From: Corallochytrium limacisporum Hawaii
Lineage: Eukaryota > Protista > Pluriformea
Direction: 5' to 3'
Length of the DNA stretch: 64,000 nucleotides
Assembly (NCBI GenBank): GCA_002811645.1
Contig: PDIP01000035.1
Span: forward strand, 186,001-250,000
The position numbers were made by a program, and so were the translations under genes. This document shows, piece by piece, positions 56,898-64,000 of this stretch. A model generated the notes under the pieces. It did not search any database. It was not told where the DNA came from and saw only the letters and a program-made list of their open reading frames with translations. Each line of letters begins with the position of its first letter. The first letter of the stretch is position 1.

Positions 56898-58805
56898 ATG
56901 TCAGATGTCATCGATAAACTCGATTCAGAGTTTGATATCCACCTCAGCCGCATCAGAGAGGTATCTCGAGAGAGTGATGCCCACCGTCGTATCCTGATCA
57001 GCCACTGGCTGGAGAAACTGAGAAGGGTCAGGCAAGGTGGTGACATGCCACCGGGTGTGCCGGCGAAGGCAGTCCTGGCCATTCGCAATATGCATTCACG
57101 GGCACTCTTAGACACTTTGCTGCGGAATTCCAACGTCATGCCGAAGCCCTTTGACAAGAAACCTGCGCCAGGCCCTCTGGCCCGAACGCTACCGGGAGAA
57201 CTCGGGGATCGCTTTCCTGCACGATTGCCGTCATCGCGCATCGGCTCGCCTATGCGAACCCTAGACACGAGCCAGAACACCCCGCCACGCCGGTCGAAGA
57301 CGAGTTCATTCGCAAACAAGCCAGTAATCCATACTTACATTCCGAAAGAACCGCTGAATGAAGCTGTGCCACAAGCAGACGACTGGGGCAAGTCCTCGAT
57401 CGACAGCGAGAGCGATGTCTCCACTCTGCGCAGGACGCTGGAGGAACTCAAAATCAAGCTCATGGAGAGCGATGCCTCGCCTGTGGCTGCACAAACACAT
57501 ACGCGTAAGAAACCGTTGGTGAACACCATCGTTCTGGAAAACCAAGAGAACGAATCTCCGGAACTCCTGGGCAGCTCCTATGTCAGAGCTGCCACAGAAT
57601 CCTTCCAGCGACAGCAAGAGTCTGTGAGCCCATCTGAAGCAAAGGACACCTCTGTGGGTCGCGTCCCGTCGATCCAAGACCAGCTAGCGAAGGATATCGA
57701 TGTGGATTTGCCCGTGCTGCAAGACTCATTCAATGTAGCCGACACACAAGCCTTTGTGGCAATGATGAACCGGACTAGCGCAGCAGGGGGTTTGGACAAG
57801 AACCGTGAGCTTATTGAAGTGCAGGCCGTCTGGGAGCGTCAGCATCGTCGGCTAGAGGCCAAGGCGCGGCGTGCCACGGAACTCCTGCGCCGTGAGCGCG
57901 AAGCGCATGCCGGTACGGCACACAGTTTGCGACAGCGGATCGCCGAGCTTGAGGCTGAGCTTAGAGATCGGCGGGCCATGGTCCTTGCTTATGAATCGCA
58001 ACATGTGCGTGTCCTAGAAGAATTGGGACGGCAGGTTGACGAGGTCGGCACCCGTTACAAAGGCGAGACTGTGCGGGCGAACGAATTGGAGGCACGTTTA
58101 GATCTAGCAGTTACGGAGGCCGCACAGGCGCGCAACGTTGTAGAAACACTTGAAGACACCGTGCGCGAGATGCACCTGCAGGCTGAACGGCTGTCAGAAT
58201 CGGAGGCCGCATTGGCAGGCCGGTGCTCAGGCCTGCAGAGCCAGGTCGAAGCACTGACTACTGAGCGCGATGACCTCCTGGGAGTGCGCGACGAAGAAAT
58301 GCACGGCTACCGGTCTATGGAGCGTGAGCTGGAGAACATGCGCACAGAGTACACAAACCTACAATCACGATATGATGAAACCATTTCCGATCTCGCGGAA
58401 CGTCGGGAGGCCATCCGCAACTCTGATACCCAATTTGAACAGCTGCGCACTGACCACAACAAGACCCAGATAGCTCTGTACGATCTTAAGGCTCGTTACG
58501 AAGCCGACACAGCCCGCCTGCGGGAGCGACATAACAATGAGGTGGCAGATCTCAAGGACATTCTAAGACGTACAGCAGTTGCGCAGAAGAACCTTCAGGG
58601 CAAGGTTTCAGAGCTTGAAGCCGACAACGAAGCCATGAATGAGCGTTGGAAACAGAAACTGGATGTGGTTGCAGAGTCAAACTTGGCCCATGCGCTGGAC
58701 ATGGTACCTAAGGAATCGGTGCGCGATATGGAGCTCACTATTGAAGGGCTGCGGTCGCAAGTACATTACCTTGAGCAGCGCATCCGTTCTGATGCAGGTG
58801 CCTAG
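56898..58805 (+). CDS. CEP112: CEP112-like centrosomal protein (DUF4485 plus coiled coil)
   Basis: LDSEFD...WLEKL...RNMHSRALLDTL...PFDKKPAPGPL matches the CEP112 N-terminal domain; long C-terminal coiled coil. Confidence 0.82.
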   Translation: MSDVIDKLDSEFDIHLSRIREVSRESDAHRRILISHWLEKLRRVRQGGDMPPGVPAKAVLAIRNMHSRALLDTLLRNSNVMPKPFDKKPAPGPLARTLPGELGDRFPARLPSSRIGSPMRTLDTSQNTPPRRSKTSSFANKPVIHTYIPKEPLNEAVPQADDWGKSSIDSESDVSTLRRTLEELKIKLMESDASPVAAQTHTRKKPLVNTIVLENQENESPELLGSSYVRAATESFQRQQESVSPSEAKDTSVGRVPSIQDQLAKDIDVDLPVLQDSFNVADTQAFVAMMNRTSAAGGLDKNRELIEVQAVWERQHRRLEAKARRATELLRREREAHAGTAHSLRQRIAELEAELRDRRAMVLAYESQHVRVLEELGRQVDEVGTRYKGETVRANELEARLDLAVTEAAQARNVVETLEDTVREMHLQAERLSESEAALAGRCSGLQSQVEALTTERDDLLGVRDEEMHGYRSMERELENMRTEYTNLQSRYDETISDLAERREAIRNSDTQFEQLRTDHNKTQIALYDLKARYEADTARLRERHNNEVADLKDILRRTAVAQKNLQGKVSELEADNEAMNERWKQKLDVVAESNLAHALDMVPKESVRDMELTIEGLRSQVHYLEQRIRSDAGA

Positions 58806-58958
58806 TCGCCGCTGGCGACCCCCTCTGACTACCCGGCCCTGCGCAGACTGTGACAATTCATCGGCAAAACCCCGCTGACAAAGCATAAAGCAGATGGCAG
58901 AAGTCAAAATGTAATATTCTTCACATGTTTAATGATAAAGACCTGCACATGACAACAT

Positions 58959-61337
58959 TCAGTACTCGTCATCATCAATGCCACCAGTGTTTCCGTTTTG
59001 TACTGAGGCCTGGGCGCGGTAAAGGTCAGCAACTTGCTGACTGTCCGTCGCTTCTTCCGGTTTCTTGTCCTCACGGATCTTTACAAACCGTGGGAACCGC
59101 AGCGAAATACCTTTCTCAGGGTGCACCAGACCAGCCGCTGCCTTAGACTGTGGTGAGATGCTCAAGTCGGCAGCAAGGACTTCCCAGACCTGCACAGCAT
59201 CAAACCAAACGTCGGGGGTGATGCCTCCAAGCTGGTAGTATGGCTTCGGCTTGGGAATGATGTGCTTGCTCAGAGTCGAGTGGTGCTCAGCCAGCACCTC
59301 GTCGCTAAATCCGGTACCGATCTTGCAGATGGCCTGGTACTCTTCGTTGTCGGAGTCGTAACAGCCTAGTAGGAAGGCACCGTAAACGCCAGTGCGCTTG
59401 CCCTTCCCGTAAAAGGCACCCAGCACGACCAGGTCGACGGTGTCACCAATGCCGGTAAGGTAGTCCTTCTTCAATTTCAGCCATTTTTTGGAGCGTTTGG
59501 CAATTTCATAGGTGGCGTCTTCTTCCAGAGTTTTCACCATGAGTCCTTCACACTGATCCGCGACAGCCTGGTCGAGAAAGGATTGCATTTCATCCAGGTC
59601 GCTAGATATGAGACTCTTGGCAAAGCGAAAGCGATCATCGACTGTGTGGAAGTACTTCATCAAGCACTCGCGCCGGTCAATCAGGGGCTGTGTGACCAAT
59701 GATGTCCCGTTGATGTACAGCAGATCAAACCCAAAGAGGCACACTTGGACTTTGACGTCGGCTTCGTTGACTTCCTTGCGCTTGCGTGTAGAGAGAACTT
59801 GGAAGGGCAAAAGCTTGCTGCTTTGCCGGTCAAAAGCGACCGCCTCACAGTCCATGATGAAATCTATGACCTGCAAATCACCCTCGGTGGAATAGGTCAA
59901 GGGCATGTTGGAGACAATGTCCGGATACTTTTCCGTATGGTTCTCGGAGTTGCGAGAATAGATTTGGATCTGTCCATCCTTGGTCAGATGGATCTGGGCA
60001 CGCTCACCGTCATACTTGTACTCACAGATGAATTTCTTACCCTCAAACTCGTCCAGGACGACTTGCACACCGTTGGTTGGCTTGGCCAACATGGGCTTTA
60101 TGGGGACACCGGGTGAGATATGGCAGACGTCGTGCAGCGTCTGGAATCCGTGTTCCACCAAGGCAGGTACAATGTTCTCATAGTTCGGATGCTCACTAAA
60201 AACGGTCTTCAGAATGTGACGATTTTGTTCTTCTTTTTCGTACGCGGACTCCGGCAGGTGGGCACTGTCTTTGGTAGCCTTCTTAGGATCGTTTCCGTTC
60301 GTGGCACGCCATTCCGCAACCGTTGCTGCGCGGGCCAGGGCCATGAGAACGCTCTGCTCCGCCAGTCCGATGCGCAGTTTGCCACTTAAAGCCCGAACGA
60401 GATACTTTGGCTCGCTGCCCTTACCCGCAATCATCAGTGTAGAAATCTTATCCTGCTTCTTGGTCTGGGAGGCATTGCCCGTCAGTTCGGCAATTGAGCG
60501 CAGAGTTTTGAAGACACCTTCTACAGTCAGGGGCTTTGGTGCAAACATTGTGCGCTGATTAGCCTTAGATTCTTGTGCTACCAGCCCGAGATCACCTTTT
60601 TTCTCCAGGCTTCCCTTCAGCTGCTGTAGAGATCTGCCTGTGGCCTTGGAGATTGCTTTCATGACAATGGCATCACCCAAACCTAGCTCCAGATTTGCGT
60701 AGTCAGGAGCGACTTTGTTGACGGTCAGATATACCGCCGGTAGCAGGTCGTTGGGCGTTAGAAGAGCCACACTCTCGAGGAAGTTGGCAAGATATTGGAT
60801 GATCAGCAGGCGCTTGGTGGTGCCCTCAATGAATTCGAAGGTCCGACTGAGTGCCATATACGGCACCGGTTCGCCGTCCTTCCAGCAGGCATCGCGAACG
60901 GGATGGTACTTTGCCTTGGATGGGTCATATGATTCTGGGCGCTGATGACCTGTCTTTGTGGGTGAGCTGCTCGCATCGCCAGCGGTATTCTTACCCATCG
61001 AAAAAATGGACGCAGCGGGCTTTTTTAGCGGTTTTGGAGGCTCGGAGTCAGCTTCGGTGACGGCCTCGGTGGCTCCCGCGACAAGGTCTGTTTTGGCTTT
61101 CTTGCTAGCACTCTGTTGAGACTCGTTAAGGTTGTGCTTCTCCCCTGTTTTTGGGTCCTGCATCGGTGCCAATGGGGCACTTTCCTGTGACTCGGCTGTC
61201 TGTTCCGGTTTCTTTTCGTCCGCCTTACTTTCATCCTCGATTTTGGTGGTACTGCTGGCGGCCTTCTTCATTCCCAAAGATCCGCTGGCGAACCAGCTCT
61301 GGAGCGGGGTCTGCTTATTGGCCATAGGTCCCGGCAT
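58959..61337 (-). CDS. LIG1: DNA ligase I
   Basis: PIP box QTPLQSWF, KLRIGLAEQSV, CEYKYDGERAQIH, EGLMVK, WLKLKKDYL, SLRFPRF; first ATG 61337 (or 61325). Confidence 0.98.
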   Translation of the reverse strand: MPGPMANKQTPLQSWFASGSLGMKKAASSTTKIEDESKADEKKPEQTAESQESAPLAPMQDPKTGEKHNLNESQQSASKKAKTDLVAGATEAVTEADSEPPKPLKKPAASIFSMGKNTAGDASSSPTKTGHQRPESYDPSKAKYHPVRDACWKDGEPVPYMALSRTFEFIEGTTKRLLIIQYLANFLESVALLTPNDLLPAVYLTVNKVAPDYANLELGLGDAIVMKAISKATGRSLQQLKGSLEKKGDLGLVAQESKANQRTMFAPKPLTVEGVFKTLRSIAELTGNASQTKKQDKISTLMIAGKGSEPKYLVRALSGKLRIGLAEQSVLMALARAATVAEWRATNGNDPKKATKDSAHLPESAYEKEEQNRHILKTVFSEHPNYENIVPALVEHGFQTLHDVCHISPGVPIKPMLAKPTNGVQVVLDEFEGKKFICEYKYDGERAQIHLTKDGQIQIYSRNSENHTEKYPDIVSNMPLTYSTEGDLQVIDFIMDCEAVAFDRQSSKLLPFQVLSTRKRKEVNEADVKVQVCLFGFDLLYINGTSLVTQPLIDRRECLMKYFHTVDDRFRFAKSLISSDLDEMQSFLDQAVADQCEGLMVKTLEEDATYEIAKRSKKWLKLKKDYLTGIGDTVDLVVLGAFYGKGKRTGVYGAFLLGCYDSDNEEYQAICKIGTGFSDEVLAEHHSTLSKHIIPKPKPYYQLGGITPDVWFDAVQVWEVLAADLSISPQSKAAAGLVHPEKGISLRFPRFVKIREDKKPEEATDSQQVADLYRAQASVQNGNTGGIDDDEY

Positions 61338-61785
61338 CTGTGTTGCATGCGATGCCAATACGGACGATCTCAGACGTACCTGCGTATATAATCCGGGTGC
61401 AAATTTACCTACGCTTGCATTAATGAGCAGGGGATACGTCTTTGGGTTGACGGATCCAAACACTACTCTCTGCAGTCCGACCAGTCGTAGAAGACTCGGT
61501 CGTGAAATGGTGACGGACTCTCTCTGCTGCCCCTGTTGTCCAGACTGGTATGAGATCGGCTCGTGTTCTCTCTCCTCCTGACGGTCCAGTTTGGTAATAG
61601 AATTATCATAGGTGAAGTGACATGGTGTCGTTTAACAATAGCTCCTAACTGTGCAATAAATAGCTTGTTGACGTCAAAGAAGAATTAATCCACGGGAGCA
61701 ATGACAACCATTCAGACTTATGTCAGGTATCCTGATCGGCCCTGATCCCTCCTCCACCGACGGCTTCTTGGCCCTGGCGAAGAGA

Positions 61786-61806
61786 GGGCCCCCCGGGGGG
61801 GGGGGG
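61786..61806. promoter_or_regulatory. C-run/G-run tract about 450 nt upstream of LIG1
   Basis: gggccccccgggggggggggg. Confidence 0.45.
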
Positions 61807-62089
61807 AAGTCCTTCCCTTTCGTCTCCGTTGGAAAAAAGTGGCGCGAAAAGAGCCCAAGGCTGGGTTCGAAAAGTAGGCTGATACCGTTGGTATGCGGTA
61901 CCACCAGGCACTAGTGAGGCTTTCTATTGCCTCCCCCCCGCTTTTCCTTCTCCGGCCTGGTCAAAATCTGGGTCCCCGATTTGCATCGGGGCCTAGTTTG
62001 GAGGCTTGCTCACATATACATAGAAGCCGTAAGTCTTGTGGATGTTAGTGGCTCTACTGGTTTAATTCTATGCATAGGTCACCGCATGC

Positions 62090-63649
62090 TCATGCCACTC
62101 CAATATTATGGTAAAGCATGACGACGAAGGCAGCCGCCTGGTCGGAGAACTTCTTGGACTTCTGCCAGGTGGTGCACTTGTAGACGGTGTCATCGATCTT
62201 GATGCTCGACCTGAACATGCGGTCCGGAGACTCTTCGATGGTGTACACCGGCTCCTTCATTTTGTTCTGGTCCCACTGAACAGGATTTGCTTTGCTTTGC
62301 TGTGCCTTGATGTGTGCTTCCTTCTGTTGCTTTTTATACCATTCGTAGACGATATGTTTGGGGCTTAAATGACCGGACCGGTGTCCACTGACCCGCTTAT
62401 CGCGGAACCGGCGTGGCTCGTATGCGGGATCCATTTCAATAACCATCTGTGCGGAGTCCTGTCTACGACGTTTGGCTTCTGGAGATCCGTCCTTTGCAGC
62501 ATCCAGTTTTGCTAGCGATGCCTTGCGAATTGAGTCCCGATGGGCCTCCCAGGCATCAAAGTCTGGCTTAATCTCTTGGTAGATGTCTAAAGCCTTGGCC
62601 ATCTCTAAGACGTCTCTGCCTTCCTGGATGTGCTCTGCGTAGACAGGCTCAGTGAGGCGCTTACGGAGGATCTGCAGCACAGAGTATTTGACATTGTCCA
62701 ATTCCTCATCGTACATGACTGCAAGCTTAAGATATTCCTGGGCCAGAGTCACGTCATTGACCGTTTTACCATCGGCCCGAAACACAGAAGGGTCCCACTG
62801 TGCGGCACGGGCGATCAGCACGCCTTCTGCTCCGCATTCCTCTTGGAATGCCACTGCAGTGCTCCGGTTCGTAATACTAGGGCCGTTGCCGTTGCAAAGC
62901 ACTGTGCATCCAAGATCCTTGAGCGCTTCTGCTATCGGAACAATAAGATCAGGATGTGCTGCCTGCCTTGGTCGCTCGTGCACGAAACGGCCATGGATGG
63001 CCACGGCGCTCGCCCCAGCGTGGTACAGGCGTGCCACAAAATCACGCGTTTCTTCAACAGTAGGCAGCAGTCGAATCTTCGCAGTGACTGGTATGCTCAG
63101 ACCGTCAGCCAGAGTCCGCACAATTTCAACAGCGTTTTCCTGCTGGCCCAAGAGGGCAGCACCCATCCCTCCAGAGACGGAGTAGCCCTTTGGACAGCCC
63201 ATGTTCACATCCACCGCACAGACATCTTTTTCACACAATTTTGCTGCTTTCAGAGCACGTGGGCCGTTTGCAGTGCCCAGTTGCAGGATAACTTTGCCGG
63301 TTTCGACCTCGGGATCAATGCGCAGCAATATTCTACCCCCTGCCTGAATGAAATCAACCGTTTTCGTTGGGCCCGTGTTGACCTTACGCTCCGCGTGCAC
63401 CAGTCGGTGGTCAATGATCTCCTCTGTATAGACGTAATCTGCCCCGTTTTTCAAAGCAAGGACGCGATGTGACAGATTTGAACAGCGTACCATCGGCGCC
63501 ATGCACAATGCGCCCCGTAGAAAGCCTGGGAATGGAGCAGAAGCGCGTGTCAACGACCGGATTGCACCGGTGACCGCTGCCGCTCCACCATTCATGTCGC
63601 CAGACTCTGATGATTTCTGAAGATTCTTTCCCAGATCTTCAGCTCCCAT
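62090..63649 (-). CDS. DUS2: tRNA-dihydrouridine synthase 2 with C-terminal dsRBD
   Basis: MAPMVR, YTEEIID, LQLGTA, DVNMGCPKGYSVSGGMGAALL, IARAA; dsRBD SPKHIVYEW...PVY...FRS...KSKKFSDQAAA; true start may be 63595. Confidence 0.95.
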   Translation of the reverse strand: MGAEDLGKNLQKSSESGDMNGGAAAVTGAIRSLTRASAPFPGFLRGALCMAPMVRCSNLSHRVLALKNGADYVYTEEIIDHRLVHAERKVNTGPTKTVDFIQAGGRILLRIDPEVETGKVILQLGTANGPRALKAAKLCEKDVCAVDVNMGCPKGYSVSGGMGAALLGQQENAVEIVRTLADGLSIPVTAKIRLLPTVEETRDFVARLYHAGASAVAIHGRFVHERPRQAAHPDLIVPIAEALKDLGCTVLCNGNGPSITNRSTAVAFQEECGAEGVLIARAAQWDPSVFRADGKTVNDVTLAQEYLKLAVMYDEELDNVKYSVLQILRKRLTEPVYAEHIQEGRDVLEMAKALDIYQEIKPDFDAWEAHRDSIRKASLAKLDAAKDGSPEAKRRRQDSAQMVIEMDPAYEPRRFRDKRVSGHRSGHLSPKHIVYEWYKKQQKEAHIKAQQSKANPVQWDQNKMKEPVYTIEESPDRMFRSSIKIDDTVYKCTTWQKSKKFSDQAAAFVVMLYHNIGVA

Positions 63650-64000
63650 ACTCTCAAATTCTCAGTCATTTAATGTTTTTCGGCGTTCATTTCTGTCCCT
63701 TGAGACTACTGCTTTTGCCACTCACATGTCCGGGATGGTGCTTGCGAAACAAACCACCGGTCCTTATCTAACTATCCACGTTGCCAAATATTTCCGTTGT
63801 GTTCGTGTCCAGAGCATTTTCGTACGCACGACATTCTACGCTAATAGACCCAGGGGAACTGGTTCCAGGGTTCATGTACCCTCAATGGATACGGCATGTC
63901 CACGGCCACAGGTCAGGGAGACCCGCCCCACGCGCAGAGAGGGAGGGTGGGATTGTAAGGCGAAGTGAGGAGGGCGAGGGATCGGGCAGGTCCTTGAGAC

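Noticed and set aside
4436-63472. Long antisense ORFs (4436-5278, 12921-13697, 19355-20110, 23463-24116, 32485-33303, 62630-63472)
   Set aside because: They are shadow frames opposite real CDSs, with no motifs.

Overview
Compact eukaryotic window with 24 supportable protein-coding genes and two assembly gaps (N-runs at 12305-12338 and 31836-32033). The gene mix is animal-like (GRB2, DUS2 with dsRBD, claudin-like, Chibby, CEP95, CEP112) plus non-animal (catalytic acetolactate synthase, Bub2/Cdc16), which points to a unicellular holozoan. The lack of coding introns fits Corallochytrium, but that identity is an inference. The most striking structure is that every recognisable CDS, up to 3.2 kb (XPO1), is one uninterrupted ORF, yet the presumed 5' leaders repeatedly contain very short (about 23-60 nt) GT..AG segments. 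Several have AG|GT donors and a CTAAC/CTGAT/CTCAT branch-like word close to the acceptor. Some occur in chains separated by micro-exons, some fold into hairpins, and many would delete upstream ATGs. Further upstream lie poly(C)/poly(G) tracts, often as C-run->G-run palindromes, that are absent from convergent 3' spacers. Several kb of eroded, stop-riddled ORF relics fill the remaining space. All splice calls are predictions from DNA alone and need RNA evidence.
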